Assembly (NCBI RefSeq): GCF_001194135.2
Contig: NC_068981.1
Location: 39,014,724 to 39,078,723 of the forward strand
DNA from: Octopus bimaculoides
Lineage: Eukaryota
Direction: 5' to 3'
Length of the DNA: 64,000 bases
Of this stretch, positions 1-13,722 are shown piece by piece; the stretch's first letter is position 1; each line of letters starts with the position of its first letter. Both the position numbers and the translations under genes were made by a program. The notes beneath the pieces were generated by a model. It made no database searches. It worked only from the letters and a program-made list of their open reading frames with translations, and was not told the DNA's origin.

Positions 1-2177
1 ATATATATATATTAAACCATATGTTAGTTGCATTGGTCACCCAATCAAATGCTACTGGATATCTCTAAGAAGAACTCACACATGGCATCGAAGATGGAAA
101 CATGTAGAGTATTAATGTCATGCAAATCTGAATAAGCTTGACCAGATCATCATGATGATGATACACACATGCACATGCAAACACACACTCGCACTTGCAC
201 TCACATGTATGCACATATGCACATGCATAGGAGACCTACAGTTATAGCAAAATTTTCTACGCAATGCCCGCTATGAATAAATTATAGCAATTATGTGTAT
301 AGTTTAATGTAGTAGTGATGATTTTGATGGTTATATAATGGTAGTGGTATCTACAGTTGCGTATCAGAAAGCACCACTATGAGAAAGGGATATTAAATAG
401 AGAGTAGCAAGAAAATGAGGTAAAGAAAGAGAGGGGGAGGGTAAGAGTGAGCGAGAGTGGTCTTTATTATCAATAAGTTACAGCTGGTCTTTTGACGTGC
501 CCATCTACATAACCCTTAAGAAACATTATTGATTCTTAGCACAGGATGGGCTGGTCATATCCAACATTATTAAATAGATGTCACAAAAATCTGAACGAGA
601 TTTAACCCCTACCAAACATGTATTAATGAGCCATTGATTTATTAAGGTATATACAAAGATGTATATAAACACGCATATGTGCACTGACTGTGAAAGTGAG
701 AGAGGAACAGAGAGGGATATAGAGAGGAGAGAGAAGAGTGAAGACAGGGAAAAAGAAACAGAGTGAGGAGGGAAAATAAGAGATTGAAACTGACTTATCT
801 CATTTTACAGCAAAACCTTTGTGAATTCCTTCAACTTACTATCTATAAGCAATGGCACTTTATAACTGGCAAAGAATTTACTAGCTCACAGTGCTGTGTT
901 CCAAACTTCGTTATGCGCAGCTAAAGTAGAAATACACATCACTAGAATTGTTGTTATTCCTGATTTCTAACATAGCAAATGATAGGAGGGGAGAAGAATG
1001 GTTGGTTGAATAGACAACAGTGTATTACTGGTATTCATTCTACTAATCATTGATTTTTATGTGGGTGAAATGTTTAAGTTCATGCTTTCAGTTATTGTAC
1101 TTATACATTAAAGCATCATTAATAAATACAGCAACAATAATTGCATGGCATTTTACCATTTCTCATGTTACTTTCCTCATTACTCTTGCCCATGATTAGA
1201 ACTATACATATTGCCAGTCACTAAAAGACATACTCAACTGGTTATGGTCAAGCATTTGACAAGAAAATCTGTGGTATTGTTGTAGACCAACTTTTATACT
1301 AAGGCTTGACATGTACATGATAACACTTCCAATCACTTAAAATCAGAAACCACGAAAGCCAAAGAAGACAGTGATTAGTGAAAATGTGAGAAAGCTGGAT
1401 AGATAATTAGTTTAAAATATATAATTTGCTTATTTACCGGCATACCATACTAACACTTAACATGATGTTCCACTGGTGTTTAAGAGAGTTTGAAAGTGTA
1501 TCATAAGAGGAAGATATTCAACTGTATTATCTGCAAGTATTTGTACAGTTGTACAACCTGAGTGCTGAGGTCTGGTTTTGAGTGGGGCTCGAGGTGTGCT
1601 ATAATTCACAGGAATTCTGAAAAGGATATTTTGATGATGCATCACTTTGTAGATGGTTAATTTCCTTACAATAAATTTTATTGTCCATTTAAAATGTAGG
1701 CACCAGATGGGTTCCTGCAATTTTATTTGAAATTTCACTTACATAATTCTTTACTATTGTAAAAGTATTCATGTTCATGATTTCCTTTCGAAGTAGAAAA
1801 TTGTAGAGAGGAAAAGAGAAAAAACAATTAATGCCACAAATAGCACCATGCTAGAAAAGTAGAATCTCAATGTAACTTTGTCTGGTGACCAAAGGTTTTG
1901 AATGATCATAACAAACTTGACATAATGGTTGACCACTCATTTATAGCTATTTTGACCCCATTAAAGCAAACCATTAGAAGAATGATGTATAAATAGATTT
2001 TCTATAGATTGAACACCGATGTGAGAAGTAAGATGAGTTTCTAGATGTTATAATTCACCTGAACTCTAACATGAACATCTTTGCCAATATTTTATCTTGT
2101 GAATACATAATTTTTGTTTACTCTGTTTAATCTTATATACATATGTGAGCGTGTGATTGTGTGTGTGTGTATTATTG

Positions 2178-2524
2178 TTTACTTGTTCCAGTTATTTAAC
2201 TGTGGCCAAACTGCAACACTGCCTTGAAGGGTTTAGTCAAACAAATTGACTCTACTGTTTACTTTTAAGCCAGTTACTTATTTTGTTGGTTGAGAACTGA
2301 TGGTGATGGACAAATGCAAGGACACACTGATATAGAGATGTATACACAACACACAAATATATGCTGGGCTTCCTTCTGTTTCTGTCAATCAGATCTACTC
2401 ACAAAGCTTTTGCTGGTTTGAGGCTATAGTAGAAGACACTTGCCCAACATACCACCCAGTGGGATTGAACCTGAAACCATATATTTGGGAAGTAAGCTTC
2501 TTTCCCCACAGCCATGTCTGTGCC
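2178..2524 (-). mobile_element. tRNA-derived SINE, family A (degraded copy)
   Basis: Colinear with the well-preserved copy at 10761-11176: tail tttacttgtt.cagt, ctatagtagaagacacttgccc, cagtgggattgaacc B-box, ccacagcca head. Confidence 0.8.
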
Positions 2525-2879
2525 TGTTGAGTGATCAGTCAATTTAATGTTTGATTATTTTTAGACATACATCATATGTGTATATATGTGTGTGTGTGTA
2601 TATATGTGCATGTATGTGTTTGTATGTATAAATACATATATAATATATATAAATGTTTGTATACATCCATCCATACATACATACATACATACAAACATAT
2701 ATATATATATATACACATANNNNNNNNNNNNNNNNNNNNNNNNNNNNNNNNNNNNNNNNNNNNNNNNNNNNNNNNNNNNNNNNNNNNNNNNNNNNNNNNN
2801 NNNNNNNNNNNNNNNNNNNNNNNNNNNNNNNNNNNNNNNNNNNNNNNNNNNNNNNNNNNNNNNNNNNNNNNNNNNNNNN

Positions 2880-2924
<45 letters not shown>

Positions 2925-3949
2925 ATATATAGTTAATATTTGTTTTTACGTAAGTTATGTCTAAATATAGTGAAACATTAAACTGAACAATCACTCAATA
3001 TCTTTCAGTAAAATAAAATATTTATTTTATTCTTACAAGGAAAAAAGTTGATTGACAGTTACTTTGATCGGTTATGTAGCCTTCATTGGACTGTAAATTA
3101 CTTCAGATTTTTTCAAGTTTTATACGTATATATTTATTTGAAGCTGATCTTGTGGAAGGAATAATGTAGCTGCAAAGTAGCTGCTGTGTAATAATGTATT
3201 TTTGTGGTATATAAAGAAATATTTTTAAGGACTGTTTAATGGGGCTTATGGAAAGAAAGAGTTTTTAAGGAAAGTAGCAGACTAAATAGGTGAAGAGAAT
3301 CAATGGAAAAGGAGAGGCAGAAAGCATATGTTTATAGGTTGGGATAGAAAGTAAGATGAGTAAAATCGTTTCTTTTCTTGTTTGACTGTTAAAGCTATCT
3401 TGAAACTCTTTGGGTGGTGATTGGAATTAATGTTATTCCTAGGATTCAATTTCATCCTGTACATAAAAGCTGAAAGTTAGATTTGTATGTAAGTGCTGGT
3501 CAGAGATAGTTTACAGACAGGTCACTTACAACAGTGTTTTGTTGGAAGCTTTGTCGAATGTAGTCAAGTCATTTTCATTAAATATATGTGGAACAGATGA
3601 AAATTGTGTATAAGCATAGGTCAGTGACAGGTTAAATTTAGTGGTTCAGGGAATGGTACAGCTTTTAGTACCATAACATAGGGCTAACTCTTCAAGGATA
3701 TTCTGTATATAATCACTGCATAACATTCCTGTTTACTTGCCAGGGAACAAAGTTTAACACTTCACTTACCTTCAGTTGCTTAGATATTTGCACAGAGATG
3801 ATCTTCATGAAGTATCATTGGATGGCTTTTAATTCTTCTATCAGGTCATTAAGAATGAAATGTCCAATTTTGAACTGAAAGTTTATTTTACTTTATCTCA
3901 ACAAAAAGCAATGCAGTTAATCAAAGTATGCACCTAAATTATCAACACA

Positions 3950-4395
3950 ATTTTGCCACTGTTCAGAACACTTGCTATTGTTGAAAAGATTCCATTTTTC
4001 ATGACGCTTAACAATATGATGCAAATATGGTTCACTTTTATGCTGTGACAGCAAAGAACATCAAGTTTCAAGATAACATGTCATTTGATGCTCATTCAGT
4101 TCATGTGGTACCCACTTGTCCAGCTTCTTTACCTTGCCGATTTATTTCAGATGGTCCAATACAGTTGGAATCAAAACATCAAACCTTGCTNNNNNNNNNN
4201 GGGACTGATTTTCAAGAGTAAAGTCACCAGACCAGACCTTCTCAAACCATCAATGTACAGTGTGCTCATTTGCCACATCTTCACCAAACACTTCATTGAT
4301 GTTTTGAGCTGTCTGGAATGCATTGGTTCCACAATGGAACTCATTCATAAACAACACGAATTTCTGATCTATCCATGGTTTCACAAAAGTTGATT
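3950..4395 (-). mobile_element. mariner transposase remnant (cecropia/Hsmar1-like), N-terminal half
   Basis: Minus-strand translation MDRSEIRVV..EFHCGTNAFQTAQNINEVFGEDVANEHTVH*WFEKVWSGDFTLEN and IGKVKKLDKWVPHELNEHQ (WVPHEL motif). Contains stops and a 10-N gap. Confidence 0.85.
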
Positions 4396-4589
4396 TACAA
4401 GAGAAAACTCACAATATAATCAGACATCATGTACTGCATTTCGAAAGGTGATGATGTAACTCTTCAATGTTGTAAAACAAAGAATTGTCAAGATAAAACA
4501 TTAGAGTTAATGACTGTCAAACTTGGGGCATAAGAAAATCAGACATTTCGTTCTTAACGACCTGATAGCATCAAGACAAGGCCAAAAGT

Positions 4590-4770
4590 TTAGGAAGAGA
4601 GGTAAGCTAGTTATACTGAACCCAGTTCTGGACTGATATTTTATTTTATCGACCCTGAGGGGATTAGAAACAAAGTTGTCCTCAGCAGGATTTGAACTCA
4701 AGATGTAATGTGTGCCGGAACAAATAGGACAAAGTATTTTGTTTGTCTGACAATTCTACCAATCCACTGG
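4590..4770 (-). mobile_element. tRNA-derived SINE, family B
   Basis: ttttatcgaccctgaggggat..aaagttgtcctcagcaggatttgaactca is the reverse complement of the family-B core seen at 46087-46317. Confidence 0.75.
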
Positions 4771-5479
4771 TCTAAATGATAATGATGAAATGTAAGAAGA
4801 ATGATTTATCATAAAAAATACAGACTGATTATTAATGATCTGTGTCAATACAAGATTTAAGCAGAGAGTTTTGAAGAATTTATATTTCATATAAGTACTC
4901 ACAGTTTTCTGTTCATTACTTTAATTTGAAACATTTTGGCATGAAGACGGAGGTCTCAAGAAACTAGTATCAATAATTGTTATTGTTACGTTTGTGTTGC
5001 AAAAATCGAATGAAACAGGCTAACAGATTTAGACAAAGAAACACTGAAAGATAAATGGAAGGAAAACTATTGATCATTGTATAAATCAAATTAGTAAAGT
5101 ATTGAGGGCTAGAAAATGTTAAAGAAAGCAATTAGTGTGATTGAAGGGAGACACTCAATAAGAAATCTGTGACATAGGCAGATGTTTCTGAAAGTGGTTT
5201 GTGGAAAAAAAAAAAAAAAAAAAAAAAAGAGAACTTAGGATTTCGTGAAAAAATTTTGGTGCATCATGAGATGAAATATTTTTTAATAAAGTTTAATAAA
5301 ATTTATTTCATATAAAATATTTTATTCATCATTTTCAAAATAAGTGATAGTTTCTTTTTTGCTACAAATAAATTCTCTCTAAAATAATTTTTTAATCATT
5401 TAGTGTTTTATTAAAATAACGATAGTAACTTTCTGGCCAATAATATGCATACATACATAGATACATACATACATTCATT

Positions 5480-7237
5480 CAGGTGGTGAAAGTTGAGGAG
5501 AGAGTCATAGCCCAACTAATCAGGGAGAGAGTTAGTCTAGATGAGATGCAGTTTGTGCCAGGTAGAAGGACCAATGATGCTATATTTCTAGTAAGGCAAC
5601 TGGAGGAGAAATACCTAGCTAAAGATAAACCTCTGTACTTGGCTTTTGTTGACTTGGAGAAAGCTTTTGACAGAGTCCCCTTATCCGTTATTAGGTGGTC
5701 AATGCAGAAACTAGGGATAGACAAGTGGTTTGTGAGAGCTGTACAAGCCTTGTACAGGAACACTACCAGTAAGGTGAGGGTGGGCAATGAGTACAGTGAA
5801 GAATTCAGGGTACAAGTAGGCATTCAGCAAGGATCAGTGTTCAGCTCCTCTTGTTCATCATAGTCCTCCAGGCAATAACAGGAATTCAAGACAGGCTGCT
5901 CCTGGGAGCTCCTCTATGCTGATGACCTTGCTCTTATAGCTGAATCACTACTTGAACTAGAGAAGTTTCAGGTTTGGAAACAAGGTCTAGAATCAAATGG
6001 TCTTAGAGTTAACCTAGCAAAAACCAAAATCATAGTAAATAGGAAGGCAGGCAGACAAATCACAAATCCCCTCAGGTAGATGGCCCTGCTCAATCTGTAG
6101 AAAAGGTGTAGGTAGAAACTCCATAAGATGCACCCAGTGTAAGCTTTGGACACATAAAAGGCACAGCAACATCAAAGAAGGTTAACGGAGAAACTCACTT
6201 TTGCATGTGGAAGGTGCACGTACATAATAAATGCTGAACATGAGCAGAAAATAGACTCCATCAACTGCCAGCAGAGCAAGCTAGAAGTAGTAGATAGCTT
6301 CCGGTATCTAGGTGACCAGGTTGATAGAGGAGGTGGATGTTCCGAGAGCGTAGCTGTGAAAATAAGTTTAGGTTGGGCAAAGTTCAGAGAGCTCCTGCCC
6401 CTGCTGGCAACAAAGGGCCTCTCTCACAGAGTGAAAGTCAGATTGTTTGATGCCTGTATGTGACCAGCTATGTTGCATGGCAGGGAAACATAGGCTATAA
6501 CAGCCGAGAACATGTGTAGGCTTGAGAGAAATGAAGCCAGTATGCTTCACTGGATGTGTAATGTCAGTGTGCATGTTCGACAGAGTGTAAGCATCTTGAG
6601 AGAAAAGTTAGGCATAAGAGGAATCAGATGTGGTGTGCAAGAGAGACAACTGCACTGGTATGGTTATGTGATGCATATGGACGAGGACAGCTGTGTAAAA
6701 AATGTGTTGATCTCTAAAGCATGATCTTCAAACTTTGAGCCTCATGGAAGCAATGACTAGTGACCAAGACCTTTGGTGATGTGCTCTGCTTAAGAGAACC
6801 CATCAAGCCAAGTGCACCTGTGCTGGTGGTACATAAAAAAAATCAACCTTTGAACATTGGGCCTTATGGAGGCAAAGTGGCTGAGTTCCTTTCGAGTGTT
6901 GGGCCACACGGAGGCAATGACCAAGACCTTTGGTCTTATGTCATGCTTAAGAAGACCCATCAAGCCAAGCAAAATCACCGTTGTGGCAGATACTGGTGTC
7001 ATGCAAATAGCACCCATGCCAATGGCATGTAAAAGCACCCATTACACTTTCAGAGTGGTTGGTGTTAGGAAGGGCATCCAGCTGTAGAAAACCATGCCAA
7101 ATCAGACTGGAGCNNNNNNNNNNCAGCTGTAGAAAACCATGCCAAATCAGACTGGAGCCTAGTGCAGCCTTCCAGCATGCCAGCCCAGTCTAACCATCCA
7201 ATCCATGCCAGCATGGACATAAATGATGATGATGATG
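5480..7237 (+). mobile_element. 5'-truncated, frameshifted RTE-clade non-LTR retrotransposon (RT, C-terminus, 3' UTR, (GAT)n tail)
   Basis: ORF 5483-5863 has RT motifs FVDLEKAFDRVP and GIQQGSVFS. LYADD at 5915-5926, FRYLG after 6300, C-terminal QLHWYGYVMHMDEDSCVK. Ends in ccatgccagcatgg...atgatgatgatg. Confidence 0.93.
6081..6217 (+). other. PHD-like (C4HC3) zinc-finger coding insert inside the RTE RT domain
   Basis: WPCSICRKGVGRNSIRCTQCKLWTHKRHSNIK/RLTEKLTFACGRC, lying between the KTK and FRYLG RT motifs. One ligand is mutated (H for C) and there is one frameshift. Confidence 0.75.
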
Positions 7238-7789
7238 GTACATACATCTATACGTATATGGATATACTGGAAGCACAGTCATGGATATATATTTAAGAAG
7301 TGTGTGCATACATATACATACACACACACATATGCACATGCACACACACACACACACATCACATCACATATATGTATATACTTTAGCACCATGTCTACTT
7401 CATATTTCATAAAATGTATACATAGATATGTATGTATGAACGTTCTTTTTCGCTTTTAAGTATTTAAATTCATTCTTTGATGAAAAGCTATGTTACATTT
7501 TAAACTTCAGAAATGTCTTGTATAACTTTTCTCTTCCACTTACAGATTATATTTGAAATGTGCAAGTCGGTTAATTTCTAATGTATGTATGTATGTCATT
7601 ATTCAGTTTATTTCAATATTTCTTGCCAATAGAGTAAGAACTGGTTTCTAACCTTGATCCAAGATTCCTTCATTGGAATAACATCAACAACTGGGTATTT
7701 TTGTTTGTATATATGTAGGTAGGTATGTATGTATGTATGTGCAGATTTGTATGTATGTATGTATGCATGTATATGCATGTGTATGTTCC

Positions 7790-8042
7790 TGTCTTCACAT
7801 CATGTATAAGTGAAAACAAGTGTCACTGTCATATGAACAATTTTATTCATTTCCAATATTGTGCAAAAGCACAATAATTGATGAAAAAATATCTTACTTG
7901 GAAACAAGTAAGAGTTGGCTCCTGGAATCTCATCTGGCATTAGAAAATCTGCCTGTGTAAACTTTTTTCAACCTATGCATGGAAAAATAGATGTTGAAAT
8001 GATGCTGTTGCTGCCACTGCTACTGCTGCTGCTGATGATGAT
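7790..8042 (+). mobile_element. non-autonomous repeat with RTE-like tail (family E)
   Basis: ttcatttccaatatt...ttggaaaca.g.agagttgg...tagaaaatctgcct...gcatggaaaa...atgatg, shared with 22975-23165. Confidence 0.6.
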
Positions 8043-8184
8043 CCCATATTTTGACAAAATTGTGTAAATTCTGTAACATAATAATTTGGGAAACACAGGC
8101 TTAAGTAACACATTTTACATAAATGCTTTTAACTTTACAACAAAGCCCAGAATAAAAATGTCATTGCTTAGTTTCAGGTCAGAT

Positions 8185-8390
8185 TAGATTGAGTAGATTT
8201 ATGATCAAAGCCATTCCAGCCATGATCCTCACGTCCATTGTGTTCAGGTATAATGCACCTAGGATTACACTATCCAAATTGTCCTTTTTTTCTTTGTTTT
8301 TTTCCATACCAAGCTGTTAGGATCTACTATGAGGGAGATTTGACTACTTTTTCTAGCAGGTAGAATAACCACTTTAGAGGCTTCCTTGTG
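8185..8390 (-). repeat. interspersed repeat family D (degraded)
   Basis: tatgatcaaagccattccagccatga and gagggagatttgactact..ttctagc are reverse-complement matches to 40825-41030. Confidence 0.5.
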
Positions 8391-9834
8391 ACGTAGGAAT
8401 AAAATTGATGAGTATATTAATGATAATATACATTCCTTAAGATATCTAGTTTGCTTCTAGTACTTGTTATAGTCTATACTTGATTTTAGCAATTATCATT
8501 AGATTTATTGTTCTGTTACCTTATTTAACCTTTGTAGTTGTAATCTTATTTGGAATTCACCTTTCTAGTAGAAATCAGGAAAACGTGAATCTGAATATTT
8601 AATGGCATTTCAACAGAGTCAAGACTGTTTTCTGAATGACAGTTGTAGCTATAGAAGACATTTTACTAAGGACTTGGAAAATATTATTGAAAATTTATAT
8701 CTAATTAGAGAAAGAACTTTAGCTTCATAAATGATTGCAAGTAATAATTCTAAATGGAAATTAATATTTCTATCTTATACACAGCAGATCCTTCTAGCTA
8801 TGATTAACAACTTGCCATTTTTGCATGACTGAGAAGCAATAAAATTAATATTGAATCTTACTTTCCTACTTAATTCTGGGATTAATGTTTACATATAAAC
8901 ACTGATTACTTGAGTGACAATCTCATAGTACTGGACCAACATTACCATTGCATATTGACTTATAAAAGCCTTTCTGCAGCCATATTGACTTTGTGCAATT
9001 TTTGCTTTATATCAACATTACTGACGAACAAGAATATTGAGTATTGAATTTCGAACAATGAATATTAACATTGATCTTTCAGTAGAGTTCACCAATTCTT
9101 GCTATCTCTTATTCAAATATAAAATGTCTTGGCATGAAGTTTAAGAACAACTTTTTCTTTGTTTTTTTTTCTTTGTTTTCTTTTTTCTATTTTAACATTT
9201 TGATACAATGCAAATATTGGGAAATTCTTTATATTGTAAGTCAACAAGATTAATGAATAAACTCAGTGCTATTGAAAGCTGATATTTTCTTTCTATTGAT
9301 GCTGATACTGTAGATATTGAACAAATAATGCTGTGTAAAATCATGCTGTAATTAAACATATTTTTGCTTCAGTTCACAAAACTAACATTTTACCTCTGAA
9401 TCTTCTAATACCTAACTATGTCAACAAAATATATAAATTGAATACGATTAAATCATTGTTATACTTTCTCAATGAAGCTATGCACTGAAACCATACTAAA
9501 AAACATCTAGTTACTTCCATGGCAAATGTTCATTGTTCTCTTTGCCTCAGTCCAGGTACCTGAAAAGTAAATATTTGATAATCTTTATAATATTAAAAAA
9601 AGTGCTTAACTACAAATTATCCCTCAGGAATAAGGAAGTTTCTAGCCACTAAAACAATTCTTAAACACAGAAAACAATGGCTCAGTGTCCAAATTACTAA
9701 GAAAGGTACCCACTATAGATTAAACAATTTTCTATGATATATTTTGTACATTCAATCAATGTATAAATATAAAGAGTGGGTAAGAACTCAGTGTCTGGGT
9801 TGTAATCTAAATTTTCTAATTCTGTCACAAGACC

Positions 9835-10020
9835 AATAATTTTGAAGGGAGGGGCAAGTTAGTTATATAAACCTCAGTACTTGATTAGTATTTCATTATA
9901 TAGAGTCAGAAATGATAAAAGTCAAAATTGACCTCAGTGGGATTTGAACTCAGAATGTAAAAACCAGGAAAAAGGCCATGAAACACGATGTCTGTTGCAG
10001 TAATGATTCTTCCAGCTCCC
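9835..10020 (-). mobile_element. SINE family B
   Basis: aaagtcaaaattgacctcagtgggatttgaactcagaatgtaa core; ends gattcttccagctccc (head). Confidence 0.75.
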
Positions 10021-10760
10021 CACTTTATATTCTCTAATTAATAGAATGACTGACATCCAAGAATTCTTGTCTTAAACTTTCCTAAAATAAATTAACTATA
10101 AACTTAATTTTTGAAATCGCTAGGATTTTCTTTCTTAATCAAGATTCCATAACATGTTACTTAAGGGTTTAGAAGGAAATTAGGATGAAAAGTCTAATCA
10201 TAAGGCAATATATTTTTGAGTTATTTTTGTGTTTAATTCTAAATAGTAAATTATATTGTACATGCACTGCATACTCACAAATGTAAACAAGTTCTTGCAT
10301 GTATTAGTAACCATGTGACACTATGGGAAAGATATCTTCTTAATAGAGAGTTGTAAAGGAATTTGGTTTAAATAGAATGTTGAGTAATATGGAGCTTCTT
10401 AAAACTTCATTTTGACATCTTATGGATTTAGCACAGCCAAAATTTCTAAAGATGCCTTTATAATTTGTTTAATCACATATGACATCTCATTTCATCAAAA
10501 AGAAATAACAATATTAATAAACAAAATAATTTCTATGTAGGGATTCCCTATGAATAAAAAGGTTGGGAAGCTCTACTCTTGAATTAACAAACTATGCTAA
10601 TCTGGCATATTGACATAATCAGTCACTAACCTGCTTCACATTATTCATAATGTATATCTGTATATATGTGTGTGTAAGTCTAGACATGCATGTGGATGCA
10701 CGCACACACACTCACATACACACGACACACAGACACACACATATATATATATATATATAT

Positions 10761-10976
10761 TACTCTTACTCTTTACTCTTTTACTTGTTTCAGTCATTTG
10801 ACTGCAGCAATGCTGGAGCACCGCCTTTTATTCGAGCAAATCGACCCCAGGACTTATCCTTCGGAAGCCTAGTACTTATTCTATCAGTCTCTTTTGCCGA
10901 AGCGCTAAGTTACGGGGACGTAAACACACCACCATCGTTGTCAAGCGATGCTGAGGGGACAAACACAGACACACGA

Positions 10977-11013
<37 letters not shown>

Positions 11014-11176
11014 TATATACGATGGGCTTTTTTCAGTTTCTGTCTACCAAATCCCCTCACAAGGCTTTGGTTGGCCCGAGGCTATAGTAGAAGACACTTG
11101 CCCAAAGTGCCACGCAGTGGGAATAAAACCGGAACCATGTGTGGTTGGTAAGCAAGCTACTTACCACACAGCCACT
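10761..11176 (-). mobile_element. tRNA-derived SINE family A, near full-length, internal (CA)n
   Basis: On the minus strand: head AGTGGCTGTGTGGTAAG (A-box-like), CCGGTTTTATTCCC (B-box-like), body, and (AAGAGTA)-repeat tail. High CpG retention suggests a young copy. Confidence 0.9.
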
Positions 11177-11670
11177 ATATATATATATATATATATAAAA
11201 CTTACTTTAGAAACTTTTTACACATTACACTCCATACTTATTTTCATATCAGAGAAAAGTACATGTACCTCAGCTTGAACCTACAGCTCAGGTAGATGCA
11301 GTACAATCGCTGCCTTGCTAAGCTGAAAAACAAAACATCGGCAATATACATATCACACATAATTTAAGATATTTATCATTCATTTATCTTACAATAAATA
11401 TTGTGTAAATGCTGTATATATGATATAAATGTTGTGTACATAATAAATTATGACTTTGATCATGTTCCATAAAGTATTGTATATACAGACTATATAGAAA
11501 TAAAAGATTTATTTATATACACCTATATATATACATAAATGTTAATACTTATATAAATGAATATAGAAATAAAGATAAATAAATGATGTTATGTGTGTGA
11601 GCTTTTTTAGAAGTTTTCGATAAATGATGTTTCTCAGATATCAATCCAACTATTGCAAAAGCTCAAAATA

Positions 11671-12958
11671 CGAGGTCTGATCAATAATTATCCAGACTAT
11701 AAAAACAAAACTACAACAAATACCAATTTGCCATTTAATTTCCTTCAAAATAGTCCCCTTCAGAAACCATACACTTAATGCAGCACTGTTTCTATTGATG
11801 GAAGCATTCCGAGAACTCATTTTCTGGGATAATCAGCAGCGACCTTATCACATTCACTTTGATTTCCTCAATGTTCTAAAATCTTCTTCCTTTCAAGCAG
11901 GATTTAATTCTTGGAAAGAGGAAAAAGTCATGAGGGGCAAGAACTGGAGTAAACGGTGAGACCTGGGGAATAGTGTACCTAGCCAAAGCCTGCTGCTGAT
12001 TGGGCAGGTGCGTTGTCATGGTGCAATTGCCACTCACCGGACGCATGCAATTGTGGCCTTTTCCAATGAATAGCATCCCACAAAACGTCACAGTAGTACT
12101 CTTTGTTTACTCTCTAACCAGGTGGAGCATACTCATGATGAACTATCCCCTTGTAGTTGAAGAAAACAGTCAACAGTATCTTCACATTGTTTTGACTCAT
12201 TCGTGCTTTCTTCAGTCTCGTAGAGGTTGTGGTCTTCCCTGGTGAAGACTGAGGTTTTGCTTCGGGGTCATAGCCATAGACCAACAATTCATCACCCATT
12301 AGGACCGTTTTCAAAAAGTTTCCATCATTCGCGACTCAATCAAGGAGATCTTGTGCAACTGAAAACCAAATGTCTTTTTGGTCAGCTGAAAGCAGTTTTG
12401 GCACAAACTTGGCAGACACACATCTCATACCCAAATCTTCAGTGATAATAGATTGAACTGAACCGTAACTAACCTGCACATCCTTTGATAACCCACGGAT
12501 AGTGATTGAAAGATTTTCCCTCACAGTTGTACGCACATCTGTGATGTTTTTCTCAATTCTGCTGGTTGAGGGTATCCCAGAATGTTTATCATTATCAACA
12601 TTTTTTCAGCCATGTTGGAAACATCTGAACCACTTGTACACTTGTGTGTGGCTTATACATTCCTCTCCATACGTTTTCTGCAACCTTGCGTAGGCCTCTG
12701 AGCAGGTATCACCAAGCTTTTGGCAAAATTTGATGCAGATTCTCTGCTCAACTTTCTCTGTCATGGTTAATGCAATGATCACATGCTACACACGTTCCTT
12801 CCAAACACTGTTGTAAACAGCGCAAATGGGTTAGAACATTGAAACTTAGTGTACATACACAGTAGAGTTCAGGGTCAATCTGTATCAAACGGCTCGACAT
12901 CGTATGCGTTAGCTTCGTTACTATGGCAACAGTCCGGATACTTATTGATCAGACCACG
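11671..12958 (-). mobile_element. near full-length decayed mariner (irritans-like) with both TIRs and TA TSDs
   Basis: TIRs cgaggtctgatcaataattatccagact / agtccggatacttattgatcagaccacg, flanked by TA at 11669-70 and 12959-60. Peptides MRCVSAKFVPKLL, GDELLVYGYDPE, FTPVLAPHDFFLFP. Confidence 0.93.
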
Positions 12959-13685
12959 TACACAAGGTTAGATACTTATTGTTACATTTTAAAAGTGAAC
13001 AAACATACTTTAATACTTGTAAGAATAAAAAATCTAATTTTGATGGATAAAATGCAAGAAATTACTTCAGTGCAATGGTATCATAGATATTATAGATCTG
13101 TGCCTTGAGTCCTAAAGTGGCTTTCCCACATTTTACCTGTTCAAACCTATGTGTCATATGCTATAGGTTAGAGCTAGATTAATATTTGGGATACAGCATC
13201 TATAGAATATTTATTTGCATATTTCCCAATGCTTCTCTTAGTACATTCTAAATGTAAATAGGTGCATGTGAGGATGTATGTAAGTTCATATATTATCTTT
13301 AGAAGTTTATCAGTCAGATTGATTATGCATTGTACATATATGCGCAATCTTGGGCAAAGGTTTTAGTGGAAGATTGTCAGTTAATCAGGCATGCAAGCCT
13401 CTTCCTTGTACATTACAAGTGGCACAAATTTTATTAAATTCTGATGTAATTTTGTACATGTGTTCTCACGGATATGTTGTCTAAATACAAAGAGCAAAGA
13501 CAGATACTGCAAGGCTTCATCCCCAACACTCTAACAATACTGCCAACCCATTGCTCTGGAATGACACTTCTTTATCAACAATGAAAGGATGAAAAGAAAA
13601 ATTAACTTTTGTAGTATTCAAACTCAGAATGCAAAGAAATGGAATAGATATTATGAAAATACTACTAAGGAATATGTATACGTGC

Positions 13686-13722
<37 letters not shown>

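Noticed and set aside
60-112. GAAACATGTA-GAG (palindromic stem III-like) suggesting a hammerhead
   Set aside because: The upstream core (CTAAGAAG) needs at least two indels and stem II cannot be formed convincingly.
1457-1738. 93-aa minus-strand ORF with an internal ccttttcag acceptor
   Set aside because: No recognisable domain and no canonical donor. The nearby 42-nt candidate exon (1742-1783) is phase-incompatible.
2572-2994. Long Y/I/C/V/H/T-rich ORFs here and at 13.5-14.0, 17.1-17.8, 28.7-29.2, 33.2-33.9, 39.6-40.1, 44.8-45.6 and 50.5-50.9 kb
   Set aside because: They are translations of dinucleotide and tetranucleotide microsatellites and N-gaps, which lack stops in most frames.
5100-5230. 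pogo-type HTH remnant (MLKKAISVIEGRHSIR..VSESGLWKK)
   Set aside because: Requires a frameshift and a stop; no TIRs were found.
5479-5823. Minus-strand ORFs opposite the RTE and mariner frames (also 12000-12693 +, 56468-56899 -)
   Set aside because: Antisense shadows of transposon coding sequence.
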